Part shown: in pieces, positions 10,635 through 20,944 of the stretch | Position numbering within the stretch: position 1 is the stretch's first letter | Layout: every line of letters starts with the position of its first letter | From: Treponemataceae bacterium | Lineage (GTDB): Bacteria; Spirochaetota; Spirochaetia; Treponematales; Rectinemataceae | DNA length: 64,000 nucleotides | Assembly (NCBI GenBank): GCA_963667725.2 | Contig: CAXXHO010000004.1 | Location: 32,001 to 96,000, forward strand | Reading direction: 5' to 3' | Program-made: the position numbers and the translations under genes | Notes under the pieces: generated by a model | What the model saw: the letters and a program-made list of their open reading frames with translations, nothing else | Told to the model about the DNA's origin: nothing | Database searches by the model: none

Positions 10635-11821
10635 AATTTACTCACTTCTAAATAGACTTGAATATATTTTTTTATAGTCTTTGATATATTAAATATTTCA
10701 TTTTCAAATATTATTTCACTTTTATTCTTTACAATATTTTTAATTACTTTAACTAACTTATCAATATCTCCCTTGCATACAACATTAGCTTTTGGAACAG
10801 ATTCAATACTTCCACCAGTAGCAAATGTTATACATGGCGTCCCACAAGCTTGAGCCTCTAAATTAGTTGTTGGATAGTTATCTTCTAGAGTCGTATTAAC
10901 AAATACATCAGAAAGTGTATACCATTTTGCTAATTCTTCTTTACTATTAATTCTAGGTAAAGTGAGTATATTTTTAGGAAAAATATTTTGCATTTTTTTT
11001 TCAACACCAATTAAGACTATCGTAAAGTTTTCAGGTAATCTTGAAGAAAGCTTAATAAAGTAATCTACTCCTTTTCGCTTATCCCACACCGCAGCAACCC
11101 CTAATATAACAAATTTATCATTTAATTGATATTTTTCCCTTAAACTGCTTTTCGTAGGAGAAAACGTTGTTACATTAATACCATTTTGTATTACTCGAAT
11201 TGGTACATTCTTTAAATAGCTTTTCTTTACCAAATTTGCAAGCCAATAGCTAGGAGTAATTATTGTTAAATTTTTTAATTCAGAAAACAAATATTTTTTT
11301 ATTTTAAAATTTCTTTTGACTCGACTAATTCCATATAATTTGGGATACTCAGTTCTATTTTTACATCTTCTGCATTCAGTTTTCCATTGCTCACAACCTA
11401 AATAGTCGAAATAGCAGCAATGCCCTGTGAATGCCCAACAATCATGAAGAGTCCAAATAATAGGCTTATTACAATCTTTTAGATAATCAAATAATTCTTT
11501 TATATTAATATAATACCCATGTAAATTATGAAGATGAATAATATCTGGATTAAAATATTTTATCCACTCAACAAATTTTTTAGTAGTATATTTGCTTCCG
11601 AATCCCATACCATCAAAAAGCCTAGCATTTATTCCATGTATTTTACATATAAAATCATTACCAATTTTAACTGAATATTTTAGATACTTTTGCGGTACTT
11701 GCTCTCTACCATACGCAATTTTACATTCGTATCCAAATTTGGATAATTCTTCTGCAAGATCGACACAAATTTTTCCTGTACTTTTAATTCCACATACTGA
11801 ATTAATAAATAGTATTTTCAT
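10631..11821 (-). CDS. GT4 glycosyltransferase
   Basis: HLHNLHGYY, WTLHDCW, EDNYPTTNLEAQACGTP. Confidence 0.9.
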   Translation of the reverse strand: MKILFINSVCGIKSTGKICVDLAEELSKFGYECKIAYGREQVPQKYLKYSVKIGNDFICKIHGINARLFDGMGFGSKYTTKKFVEWIKYFNPDIIHLHNLHGYYINIKELFDYLKDCNKPIIWTLHDCWAFTGHCCYFDYLGCEQWKTECRRCKNRTEYPKLYGISRVKRNFKIKKYLFSELKNLTIITPSYWLANLVKKSYLKNVPIRVIQNGINVTTFSPTKSSLREKYQLNDKFVILGVAAVWDKRKGVDYFIKLSSRLPENFTIVLIGVEKKMQNIFPKNILTLPRINSKEELAKWYTLSDVFVNTTLEDNYPTTNLEAQACGTPCITFATGGSIESVPKANVVCKGDIDKLVKVIKNIVKNKSEIIFENEIFNISKTIKKYIQVYLEVSKL

Positions 11822-11879
11822 TACTATATATCTCCAAGAATATTAGTAAGCGTCCAATTCTCCCCGTCTTGACCAGCGA

Positions 11880-13460
11880 CTAGTACGCCGAAGGGTTAAG
11901 CCGGTAGGGAAGCAGTGAAAGTCTCTCTTCAAGCGTCTTTGCTTTCGGCAACATATCAAACAGGTAGCAAAGATATTTATAAGGCTCATGGCCATTGGCC
12001 TTCGCCGTCTCAATGAGGCTGTAGAGCCCCGCGCTCGTGTGAGCTCCTGCCGGCGTATTCGAAAAGAGCCAATTCTTTCTGCCAAGGACAAAGGGCCGAA
12101 TCGCATTCTCAACCGCATTGTTGTCAGGCGTCAAAAGCGCATGCTCAAGGTAGCGCACAACCTGGTCCCATTGCCCCAATGCATAAGAGATTGCTTTCCC
12201 GAGAGCGCTCGAGGGTGTAACGCTTTGGCTTCGCGCAGTGAGCCATTCATGCATTACCGCAAGCTGTGGTTCCTGCAATCTTTTCCGTTCAGCAATAAAT
12301 GAACTTTCATCGTGTTCTTTATTTTCATACCGTTGCCGCAGGAGCGTTTCGGTATGGTAAAGGCTAGCAATCATCGAGAGGAACTCGGCAGCGTCCCCTG
12401 AGCCCCCAGAAACCTTGTCGGCGTCGAAGAATTTCCTCCGGATATGTGCCATGCAACCAACATGGATAATCCCCGGAGCTTCTCCTACCTGCGAATAGCC
12501 TGAATAGCCATCGGTTTGAAGATAGCCAGAATAGCCTTTTAAGAACTCAAGTGCCACGCTTCCTGATCGTGTTGGGTGGTAGTGGAAGAAGAGGAGCTTC
12601 TTTCCTTCCCTGAATCCGGAAGCCACCCACATGTATGACTTTGCCGTGGCGCTTCGATTCTTTTCATGCAGCACCTGTAATGGCGTTTCATCCATCCCGA
12701 TCACGGGCGACGCTTTTAGATCATCCCTGATCGCTTGGACTAAATCGCCCACTGCGCGCCCTGCGCTCATGGCAAGCGAACACAAGGTTGAACGCCCAGT
12801 GTCCACGCCCCAACGGGCCAGAATTCCTTCCATGCGGTAGAAGGGCTGCGCGTCGACGAACTTGCTCGTTAGGAAGAAGGCGATCGTTCCGTTCGAGAAT
12901 CTGGAGCCGGGAACGATCTTCGCGTTCCCCGGAGCCTGGATAATCGGCGCCGTTTCGGTTCCCTGGCACTCTTTGCAGGGGCAGGGTCCATACTTCTTCA
13001 TGACGTGGACGTCGATCACTGCCTTGGCGGGAATGAGCCTTAATTCTTCCTTGCGCTCTTCGCCGATTTCCGGCCGCAAGGAACCGCAGCAAGGGCAGGC
13101 TCGCTCTTCGTCGCTTAAAGAGTGGACGATTTCATTGCGCTCGAGATTGTCCGGGAAGGGCTTCCTTCCTGCCTTCTTGCGCTCATGCTGGCCGACCATT
13201 ATCGTGGCAGGCTTTCGGTCGGGAGCATCGAAGAAGGTTTCAGCTTCGTTGAATAAGAGATCCTGTTTTGGATTCTCTTTCTGGTGCTTTTCGCTCTTAG
13301 GGCTGAATATCAGGCGCTGCAGCGCCGCGTATTTCTCTTGCTCAATAGTGAGCTTGCTCTGCAGATCCCTCACTTCCTTGGCATGTTCGGCCGCCATTTC
13401 TTTGACCATTTTTTTGAGGCTGGCCACGTCGTCAGGAAGGTTTTCAAGCACGCTTACCAT
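11880..13460 (-). CDS. tnpC: IS66 transposase TnpC
   Basis: Leucine zipper, CPCCG zinc finger, DETP, QTDGYSGY, CMAHIRRKF, DNNAVENAIRP..GRKNWLF. Confidence 0.95.
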   Translation of the reverse strand: MVSVLENLPDDVASLKKMVKEMAAEHAKEVRDLQSKLTIEQEKYAALQRLIFSPKSEKHQKENPKQDLLFNEAETFFDAPDRKPATIMVGQHERKKAGRKPFPDNLERNEIVHSLSDEERACPCCGSLRPEIGEERKEELRLIPAKAVIDVHVMKKYGPCPCKECQGTETAPIIQAPGNAKIVPGSRFSNGTIAFFLTSKFVDAQPFYRMEGILARWGVDTGRSTLCSLAMSAGRAVGDLVQAIRDDLKASPVIGMDETPLQVLHEKNRSATAKSYMWVASGFREGKKLLFFHYHPTRSGSVALEFLKGYSGYLQTDGYSGYSQVGEAPGIIHVGCMAHIRRKFFDADKVSGGSGDAAEFLSMIASLYHTETLLRQRYENKEHDESSFIAERKRLQEPQLAVMHEWLTARSQSVTPSSALGKAISYALGQWDQVVRYLEHALLTPDNNAVENAIRPFVLGRKNWLFSNTPAGAHTSAGLYSLIETAKANGHEPYKYLCYLFDMLPKAKTLEERLSLLPYRLNPSAY

Positions 13461-13506
13461 GCAGGATAGTATAGCATGAAAGGCCCTGTTTGCAGCCTAT
13501 AATCGC

Positions 13507-13851
13507 TTATGCTACCGCTGAATATTCAAGCTTTCGATGCTCCCGGAAGATATCAATTCCCCGCACCAGGAGCTTGAATTTGTCATGCTCTATTTCAATG
13601 ACGCCTTTCTGTTTTCCCGTCCAAGGGAAGGTTTCTTCTTCGAGCCTTTTGCTCCACATGCAGAAGCCGCTCTTGTCCCAGTAGAGGATCTTCATGACTT
13701 TTCTTGTCTTCCCGAGGAACACGAAATAGCTTCCCGAAAAGATTTTTTCCGGCTGTTTGTCTTGCGCCAGCGCTGAAAGCCCGTTGATTTGCTTTCGCAT
13801 GTCCGTGATTCCGGCGACGATATAAATGGTTCGATCTTTTCTTAAGTACAT
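13507..13851 (-). CDS. tnpB: IS66 accessory protein TnpB
   Basis: TDMRKQINGL, KILYWDKSGF..W.KRLE..F.W; start at ATG 13851 after a GGAGAGG SD. Confidence 0.9.
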   Translation of the reverse strand: MYLRKDRTIYIVAGITDMRKQINGLSALAQDKQPEKIFSGSYFVFLGKTRKVMKILYWDKSGFCMWSKRLEEETFPWTGKQKGVIEIEHDKFKLLVRGIDIFREHRKLEYSAVA

Positions 13852-14108
13852 CGATGATCCCTCCCCTTGCAAGAAGGATAATCGAATTTCCTATGCTGTC
13901 AGCATGGGGAGAATTGGACGCTTACGAATATTACAAAGTACATCTTGCTTAATAGTTCTAAATAATAATATTTTGCAATTATATTAAAATGGTTTTATAA
14001 CTCTATTAATAATAAATTTTAGAATATATTTTTACGACTTTTAAAACATATAGTATTTCTGTTAATACCTGATGATTTCTCAGAATCTATAATAACTTAA
14101 CTAATATT

Positions 14109-14891
14109 TTATAGCGTAAACCCATCATCTACTACAATATTTTGTCCATTTATATATTTAGACTCATCAGATAGAAGGAAACGTACAGTTCCTGTTATAT
14201 CAACAGGTTCAAGCATTCCCTTGTTAATACAATACTTATTATACGATTCTAAGAATGATTTTGGTTGGTTATTTATCAATCCACCGAGGCTTATACAGTT
14301 TACTCTTATTTTTTTACCAGCAAAATACTTTGTCATATACTTTGTGAGATTTATAATACCAGCTTTAATTACAGCATATTCAACAGGCATAGTCATTTCA
14401 GTACCTTCATATAGTTCGAATCGAGGCGGAATTACTCCATATACTGACGATATATTAATCAAACAACCCCCGCCATTATTTTTAAAATAATCAAGAATTT
14501 TTTGGGATACAAGGAAATATCCTCCGAGATGGAGGTTAACATTTTCACAAAAATCTTGATATGTTACATACTCAAATTTTTTCCCATAATTACTATTCCT
14601 AGGATAAGAAGTATTTACAAGCCCATCGATACCTCCAAGTATCTCATGGCAATACGTAATCATTTTTACCACTGATACTTCTTCTGTAATAGAAACTTCA
14701 ACTATTGGTATTGATTTATCTTCAATAGTTTCTATTTTTTTTGCTACAATTTCCGCTGATTTAAGTGACTTATCAGCAATTATTAAATTCGCTCCATGTA
14801 ATATTAGTTCGAGACAAATTTTTGATCCAAGCAGACCGCCACCACCAACAACAACAATTCGCTTACCAAACAGAGAATTATACTGACTCAT
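14109..14891 (-). CDS. SDR oxidoreductase, PtmA (flagellin modification protein A)-like
   Basis: GGGGLLG, YPRNSNYGKKF, MPVEYAVIKAG, GQNIVVDDGFTL. Confidence 0.8.
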   Translation of the reverse strand: MSQYNSLFGKRIVVVGGGGLLGSKICLELILHGANLIIADKSLKSAEIVAKKIETIEDKSIPIVEVSITEEVSVVKMITYCHEILGGIDGLVNTSYPRNSNYGKKFEYVTYQDFCENVNLHLGGYFLVSQKILDYFKNNGGGCLINISSVYGVIPPRFELYEGTEMTMPVEYAVIKAGIINLTKYMTKYFAGKKIRVNCISLGGLINNQPKSFLESYNKYCINKGMLEPVDITGTVRFLLSDESKYINGQNIVVDDGFTL

Positions 14892-15625
14892 TGCTTCCTG
14901 TCCTTTATGAAATTGTAGGTAGCTCTAATTTCAGTGCAACGCTCTTTATTTACATCACAACAAAATATTCCTTCAGAGGAGCCACATTCTAAGTAAGTTT
15001 CTCCAGAAGGTCCAAATACAACGCTATCACCAGAAAATGTAGATGTAGGATCTTTTCCAATACGGTTCACACCAATAAAATAACTTTGGTTTTCTATAGC
15101 TCTAGCCTTTAGCAAAGATAACCAATGATCCCTACGTACTTCTGGCCAGCTAGCAATTACAATGAAACCATCACACTGTTGCGCATTATTCCAAAAATGA
15201 TATGGGAAACGAAGATCATAACAGATAGCGAGTGAATATTTCATACCTAATATACTTAAAATAGCACTTTCAGTTCCTGGCATATAGTATTGGTTTTCAC
15301 CCCCATAAGAGAATAGGTGCCGCTTCCTATATTCTGTTTTCTTGACGCCTCTAGCATCAATCGAAAATATACAATTGAAGCCATTTTCTACTCCCCCATA
15401 TAGCACCAGTGCATTTCTTTTAGAGGCAATTTCACCAAAATATTCATGATCGCTCTTATCAAGGCAAGTAGCTTCATTCTTCATTGAAAAGCCAGAAAGT
15501 GCCATTTCTGGAAAAATAAAACAATCAGCCCAATCATCCCAATTATCTAATATATGAGCTATTCTGGCTTTTGTTCTAAGGCGATTTTCCCATTGACAAT
15601 CAATTTGACATATTCCTATCTTCAT
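14888..15625 (-). CDS. carbon-nitrogen hydrolase (nitrilase superfamily, omega-amidase/YafV-like)
   Basis: FPEM, YRKRHLF, ICYDLRFP (E-K-C triad), ARAIENQ. Confidence 0.85.
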   Translation of the reverse strand: MKIGICQIDCQWENRLRTKARIAHILDNWDDWADCFIFPEMALSGFSMKNEATCLDKSDHEYFGEIASKRNALVLYGGVENGFNCIFSIDARGVKKTEYRKRHLFSYGGENQYYMPGTESAILSILGMKYSLAICYDLRFPYHFWNNAQQCDGFIVIASWPEVRRDHWLSLLKARAIENQSYFIGVNRIGKDPTSTFSGDSVVFGPSGETYLECGSSEGIFCCDVNKERCTEIRATYNFIKDRKQ

Positions 15626-15635
15626 AATCTTAGCT

Positions 15636-16928
15636 TTAGTTATACTTTCTAAACACGGGACGTATCACTCGCCCTTTTAGGTAATTTGAGATTCCATTTT
15701 CAAGAGCCTTTTTATATATTAAAAGGCTTTCCCTAACAGCATCCATGGTAATTTCAAGCTCAATCTCGCCATGCTCTCTGCATAATGCAATCCATGGCAT
15801 CAATACTCCATTTTTAATCATTTCTTGTGAAAAAAGAGTTCTAAAATCTAAAGAAATTTCGCCTTCAGAATTCTTAGTAATATAATTTGGATGGCATGCA
15901 TAGCCTTCAGCATAGAAATATTTGTCGATTCCTAATCCTTTTGAAATTGCATTCATTCCAGAAATGAGTTTTTCGCCATATGACCAGAGATGCTCAACCA
16001 CACCAAGCTCTTTATAAACTTCTACAGTTTTTACAAAAGCACCGAGGCCGCACATTTCAGCACCATGGGTTGTAGACACAAGAAATGTGCGCTCCATTCC
16101 TTCTTTGTCTATTCCACCAAGTTCCATTAACTCTCTTTTCCCTGCCAATGCTGCAACAGAAAAACCATTTGCCATGCCTTTCCCGAATGTACATAGATCT
16201 GGCTCAATATTAAAATATTTAGAAGCACCTTGTAGGTGGAACCTAAAACCAGTTAACATTTCATCAAGAATAAAAACAGCCTTATACTTTACACATAATG
16301 CTTTCACTTTATGTAGAAAGTCGTTTTGTGGACCAATAGTCGTAGCAGGCTCAAGTATAACGCATGATATTTCATCGGGGTGAGCAATAAACAAAGCCTC
16401 AAGTGAGGCTATGTCATTATAGTTGAACTTTAATGATAGTTGGCTTATTTCGTTAGGAACCCCTTTACTAACCACTGTCGAACCGATGAACCAGTCATCA
16501 TAAGAGAAAAACGGATGCTGAGCACAAATAGCAACAAATTTTTTTTTATTATATGCACGTGCTATTTTTACTGCAGCCGTCGTAACTAATGATCCATTTT
16601 TACCAAATTTAACCATCTCTGCCCATGGGATGATACTTGTGAAAAGTTCAGCAGCCTCTAGCTCAATGGATGATGGCCTTGTAAGATTATTACCATACAT
16701 GGCCTGCTCCATGGCTGCTAATACAATTGGCTCATATCCATAGCCTACTGTGACTGCTCGTAAAGCCATACCATAATCTAGATACTTATTACCTTCTGGA
16801 TCCCAAATATAAGCGCCTTTTCCTTTTTTTAGTATCTGTGGAGCATTCTCAGGGTACTGATCTGCACCACGGCTATAAGTATGCGCTCCTCCAGGAATAA
16901 CGTGTGCAAGCCGTTCATTATAATTCAT
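15636..16928 (-). CDS. class III PLP aminotransferase (GSA-aminomutase-like)
   Basis: IPGGAHTYSRG, KNGS, DEMLTGFR, TFGKGMANG. Confidence 0.9.
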   Translation of the reverse strand: MNYNERLAHVIPGGAHTYSRGADQYPENAPQILKKGKGAYIWDPEGNKYLDYGMALRAVTVGYGYEPIVLAAMEQAMYGNNLTRPSSIELEAAELFTSIIPWAEMVKFGKNGSLVTTAAVKIARAYNKKKFVAICAQHPFFSYDDWFIGSTVVSKGVPNEISQLSLKFNYNDIASLEALFIAHPDEISCVILEPATTIGPQNDFLHKVKALCVKYKAVFILDEMLTGFRFHLQGASKYFNIEPDLCTFGKGMANGFSVAALAGKRELMELGGIDKEGMERTFLVSTTHGAEMCGLGAFVKTVEVYKELGVVEHLWSYGEKLISGMNAISKGLGIDKYFYAEGYACHPNYITKNSEGEISLDFRTLFSQEMIKNGVLMPWIALCREHGEIELEITMDAVRESLLIYKKALENGISNYLKGRVIRPVFRKYN

Positions 16929-17047
16929 ATTACCCTCCTATAAAATATTGAAAATGCAATTAATTTGCAAATGAATGCTATTTTATAAATGGCAACTAAA
17001 ATCTCTTTTTTTTGTTTTTAATTTTAAAAACTAATTTTCATATGTTT

Positions 17048-17785
17048 TTAATCTATCACTAAGTTTTTCCATGGTGAGATATCTATAATATTTTTTTCAA
17101 CACAATACTCTGCAAACATTAAATTAGTCATACTATCAATTTCAATTGATTGTTCATTTGACATAATATATGGATAACTCTTTATTGCCTGAAATGTTCT
17201 GTATAGTTTTAAATATTCAATTCTTGCAAGATAAAAACAACCGTTCATTGTATATTCAGCTTTTTGGTCTTGCCTCCTGATAGAAGACAAATTTGCCATA
17301 GACCTATAAAATTTTGACATTCGACCTTTATTATCTAATTTATTTATAAAACATTTCGCAACATCAACCTCCCTAACACTTAGTACTGTGTCAGCTTTTT
17401 TTTCTATTATTAAGTCAATAGCTTTTTTTAGGTCAATTGGCGTCGCAAATGGAGAAGATGGCTCAAGTAAGCATAAGTATTTATATATTTTACTATCATT
17501 TTTTTCAACCCAATCAATTGTATGTAAAACAACATCAATACTACTTGCAATATCGGAAGCTAAGTAATCAGGCCTTACAAAAGGAACCTCTGCATTATAT
17601 AATTTAGATATCTCAGCAATTTCAAGATCATCAGTAGAGACAATTATACGTCCTTCATGAGCACATTTTTGAGCAGTGATAATTTTATATGCTACTAATG
17701 GTATTCCACCAATTCTTCGAATATTTTTTCTAGGTACCCCTTTTGAACCACCTCGAGCAGCGATTAGAAATAGTATATTGTCCAT
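17048..17785 (-). CDS. neuA: CMP-nonulosonate synthetase (NeuA/LegF family)
   Basis: ARGGSKGVPRKN, VSTDD, LLEPSSPF, RRQD, IEID. Confidence 0.9.
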   Translation of the reverse strand: MDNILFLIAARGGSKGVPRKNIRRIGGIPLVAYKIITAQKCAHEGRIIVSTDDLEIAEISKLYNAEVPFVRPDYLASDIASSIDVVLHTIDWVEKNDSKIYKYLCLLEPSSPFATPIDLKKAIDLIIEKKADTVLSVREVDVAKCFINKLDNKGRMSKFYRSMANLSSIRRQDQKAEYTMNGCFYLARIEYLKLYRTFQAIKSYPYIMSNEQSIEIDSMTNLMFAEYCVEKNIIDISPWKNLVID

Positions 17786-17835
17786 ATCTTCTCCTAAATA
17801 TTCATTATCATATTATAGTATAAAATAATCAACAA

Positions 17836-18377
17836 CCTCGCAGCAAGCTGCGAGGTATGAAGACAATTTACTCGAATAGCTTTAGCTGTTTATTCTCGTA
17901 CAGTTGCTCGTACTCTTTGGGATCTCTTCCCTGATTCTTTACATATTCCATTATTGTGTCTTCATTCCCATATTTCCCGACACTCCCTACATAGTAGCCG
18001 CTTGTCCAAAATTCTCCACCCCATAGTATCTTCTTTACTTCCGGTCGTCGCTTGAATACTTCTCTAGCCGTTATACTTTTTATAATTTGTATCACTTGCT
18101 TCGGGCTCATCATTGGCACTGCTTGTACCAGAAAATGCACATGATTCTTTTCTGTTCCTATTTCCAAGAAATTTATTTCGTACCGATCTGCTATCTCCAG
18201 ACATATTTGCTTTATTGCTTCATCTACTTCTTTCGTTATTACTACTTTTCGATACTTTGCAGGACATACGATGTGATAAATCAATACTGACACATTATGA
18301 CTCTTATGGATGAATTCGCTCATTCTAGATTATACCAGACGCAGCAAGCTGCGAGGAATTAGACCTACAGAGATTAA
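17836..18377 (-). mobile_element. IS200-type element (ends approximate)
   Basis: tnpA flanked by hairpins CCTCGCAGC-AA-GCTGCGAGG (17836-17855) and CGCAGCAAGCTGCG (18340-18353). Confidence 0.85.
17868..18323 (-). CDS. tnpA: IS200/IS605 Y1 transposase
   Basis: YHIVCPAKYR, HVH (HUH), LWGGEFW..GYY, YVKNQ. Confidence 0.95.
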   Translation of the reverse strand: MSEFIHKSHNVSVLIYHIVCPAKYRKVVITKEVDEAIKQICLEIADRYEINFLEIGTEKNHVHFLVQAVPMMSPKQVIQIIKSITAREVFKRRPEVKKILWGGEFWTSGYYVGSVGKYGNEDTIMEYVKNQGRDPKEYEQLYENKQLKLFE

Positions 18378-18391
18378 TGCCAAAGTAAGTA

Positions 18392-18603
18392 GAGGTTCCT
18401 GAATAACCCGCTTTAATATTTTTCAGTCCGCTCTCAATCGCCCCATTGGTATTATTCAGGCGTATACTTTGATATTCTGTACATGTTCGCCTTCTAAGTG
18501 CACAACTTATTCATGCTTTTCTTCAATTTCCATACACTTTTCTGGTCTATTATACCATATATTTATTTGTCTGACTTGACTTTATTACTTTTTCAGGAGT
18601 CCC
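18392..18603 (-). mobile_element. IS5-derived MITE-like internal deletion derivative (212 bp)
   Basis: ~18456-18603 aligns with ~3000-3147 of the IS5; other end GAGGTTCCTGAATAA is an imperfect IR of GGGACTCCTGAAAAA; flanked by TA on both sides. Confidence 0.75.
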
Positions 18604-18625
18604 TATTTAATCTACTTCTGTTCTA

Positions 18626-19770
18626 GTGTCCTGTCTTTTACAAATTGCCTAATCTATAGAAGCAACAGCAATGCTATCCATGATCTTGTCTGCTGACTTT
18701 ACCCATTTGAAACGGCGGCCTGAAGCATTCCACGTCTTTATGAAATCGCCTATAGCCTTTTCAAGTTCATCGACACTCGTCCAGCTGTCCCGGCGAATTC
18801 TCTTATTCGTGATTTCTCCAAACCAACGCTCTACAAGATTTAGCCATGACGAATGTGTCGGTATAAAATGTTCAACAAACCGCCCATTCATGGACTCAAG
18901 ATATTCCCGAACTTCTTTGGTTTTATGCGCTGAATAGTTATCAGCGATGATGTGAAGTGTCTTTCCCTTCGGACTTTTTCGGCTGACCATCTTCAAGAAT
19001 GAAATATAGTCAGCAGCCTTATGCTGTTCTTTGCAGTCACCGATTACTTTGCCACTTAAGACATTCAATGCTGCAAATAGTGTTGTCGTGCCATGGCGGT
19101 AATAATCATGCGTCTGTCGTTCCAGAACCCCGGGCAACAGGGGCAGAATCGGCTGTGACCGCTCCAATGCCTGTATCTGTGATTTTTCATCAACACAAAG
19201 GATTACCGAGTTCTCAGGAGGATTGAGATACAGGCCAACCACATCCTCGAGCTTCTTTTCAAAATCAGGATCAGTGCTGATTTGAAACTGCTTTACCAAA
19301 TGTGGCTTTAGTCCCCGATCACGAAGAATGGTATTTACTGATGAATGCCCAATACCAAGCCGTTTCCCTAATTCCCGCGTACTCCAATGCGTCCCTGATT
19401 CGGGCTTTTCATTGCAGACGATTCTGCTCAATTCGTTTTTCACTTCATCTGAGATTGGTTGTTTCCCTGGAAGCCTGGTCTTATCGCTAAGGAGCGCGTT
19501 TATTCCGCCTTCATTGAATCGCCTGACATACCGGCTTACCGTAATGACGTTGATTCCAATAAATGCAGCGGTGTCATTGGTTGATCGATTTTTCGCTCTG
19601 CTTAAAACCGTTTGGAGCCTGACGGCGTATTTATGCTGAATTGAACCGACCGCCAAGATCTTTTCCATGAGCGCAATTTCATCTTCGGTGATATTCGGCT
19701 TTACTTCTTTTCCCATGAGCTGAGTATAGCATGAATTCTCTATTTATGCTATCTGTTTTGGACAGAACAC
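18626..19770 (-). mobile_element. IS630-family insertion sequence
   Basis: IRs GTGTCCTGTC / GACAGAACAC flanked by TA duplication. Confidence 0.9.
18649..19716 (-). CDS. IS630 transposase
   Basis: HWSTRELG, CVDEKSQIQAL, DYYRHGTT.LFAAL, DNYSAHK, SSWLNLVERWF. Confidence 0.95.
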   Translation of the reverse strand: MGKEVKPNITEDEIALMEKILAVGSIQHKYAVRLQTVLSRAKNRSTNDTAAFIGINVITVSRYVRRFNEGGINALLSDKTRLPGKQPISDEVKNELSRIVCNEKPESGTHWSTRELGKRLGIGHSSVNTILRDRGLKPHLVKQFQISTDPDFEKKLEDVVGLYLNPPENSVILCVDEKSQIQALERSQPILPLLPGVLERQTHDYYRHGTTTLFAALNVLSGKVIGDCKEQHKAADYISFLKMVSRKSPKGKTLHIIADNYSAHKTKEVREYLESMNGRFVEHFIPTHSSWLNLVERWFGEITNKRIRRDSWTSVDELEKAIGDFIKTWNASGRRFKWVKSADKIMDSIAVASID

Positions 19771-19852
19771 TAGCAATATTAATACATAGCTAATTAAAGT
19801 ATTTATTAGTTCTTATTTACTTTTACATATAATACTTTAGCATAAATGATGC

Positions 19853-20944
19853 TCAATTTTCATATACAGCTTTAGCGTTTAATCTATCAATTGTGTTTCT
19901 GTATTCTTCCCATTGACCTATATCAATATACTCATTCTCATTAACAGGATAGGTAACAACTGTTTTGCCAGCTTTAATAAGCTCTTCAATAAGGTTTGTC
20001 ATATGAAAAACTTGATTATGCTTAATAAATGCTAAACATTCCTTTTGAAGAATATACACGCCAGTATTAATACAAAAAGAGTATTCAGGCTTCTCTAATA
20101 TTTTATTAACAATACCACCATTCCTGTATTCAATGACACCATAAGGGATAGTTTGATGTTGAATAGAAGATATTATTGTCAAAACTGCATTTGTCTCTTT
20201 ATGGAATTTTAGCACGTTTGCATAATCTGCTTTAACAATAATATCACAATTTGACACAATAAATGTATTATTAATATTTTCAGGAAGTAGGGTAAGGCTG
20301 CCTGCAGTACCATAAAATTCAGGTTCCTTTAAGTAGGTTATTTTATAGCTTTTTTTGATCCCATCAAAATACGCCCTGATCATTTCTCCACGATAGTTTA
20401 TTGTAAAATAGTAATTCTTTATACCATAAAGATAGAAACCATTAATAATATGTTCAAGTATTGTCTTATCATCTATTGGTACTAGTGGTTTTGGTAGAAC
20501 AGCAGTAAATGGTGCCATTCTTGTACCTTTCCCACCAGCCATAATTACCACTGGTATATTAAGCTTTTTCTTCTTTTTAATTATGATAGAACCAGTAGTC
20601 GTCTTCCGAACATAAATATCAATGATTTGCTTCTTTTCATTAACTATAGGAGAATATATAATATTATGTTGTGCCATTCTTTGTAGTAAATCAGATTCTT
20701 TCTCACTTTGAGAAGAAAATATTGTATTTTTATTACAGACATTTTCAATAGCTTCTTGCAAAGAGCCATTCTTAAGTATCCACCGTCGCACATCACCATC
20801 TGTTAACGAACCTATTAGTTTTGTATTCTCATCTATAACAAATAAAATTTTTGATGCTACTTTATCTAGCTGTTTTAATGAATCTTTTACAGTTGCACTT
20901 TTATTTATCAGTAAGTCATCAAGGTTAATACTGCTCATATCCAA
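19853..20944 (-). CDS. CBS-domain sugar-phosphate nucleotidyltransferase (PtmE-like)
   Basis: N-terminal CBS pair (LTDGDVRR), MAGGKGTRM...LPKPLV, GTAGSL. Confidence 0.85.
   Translation of the reverse strand: MDMSSINLDDLLINKSATVKDSLKQLDKVASKILFVIDENTKLIGSLTDGDVRRWILKNGSLQEAIENVCNKNTIFSSQSEKESDLLQRMAQHNIIYSPIVNEKKQIIDIYVRKTTTGSIIIKKKKKLNIPVVIMAGGKGTRMAPFTAVLPKPLVPIDDKTILEHIINGFYLYGIKNYYFTINYRGEMIRAYFDGIKKSYKITYLKEPEFYGTAGSLTLLPENINNTFIVSNCDIIVKADYANVLKFHKETNAVLTIISSIQHQTIPYGVIEYRNGGIVNKILEKPEYSFCINTGVYILQKECLAFIKHNQVFHMTNLIEELIKAGKTVVTYPVNENEYIDIGQWEEYRNTIDRLNAKAVYEN

Larger units (their letters stand above)
11846..13925 (-). mobile_element. IS66-family insertion sequence (tnpB+tnpC)
   Basis: Perfect 20-bp IR GTAAGCGTCCAATTCTCCCC; 8-bp target duplication GAATATTA (11838-11845, 13926-13933). 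Confidence 0.95.

Noticed and set aside
15636..16928. hemL of tetrapyrrole synthesis
   Set aside because: Context within the nonulosonate cluster favours a sugar-related aminotransferase; no other hem genes present
18623..19773. IS630 as parent of repeat A (its IR contains TCCTGTC)
   Set aside because: Only a 7-bp match, in the opposite polarity relative to the element end; repeat A lacks TA duplications
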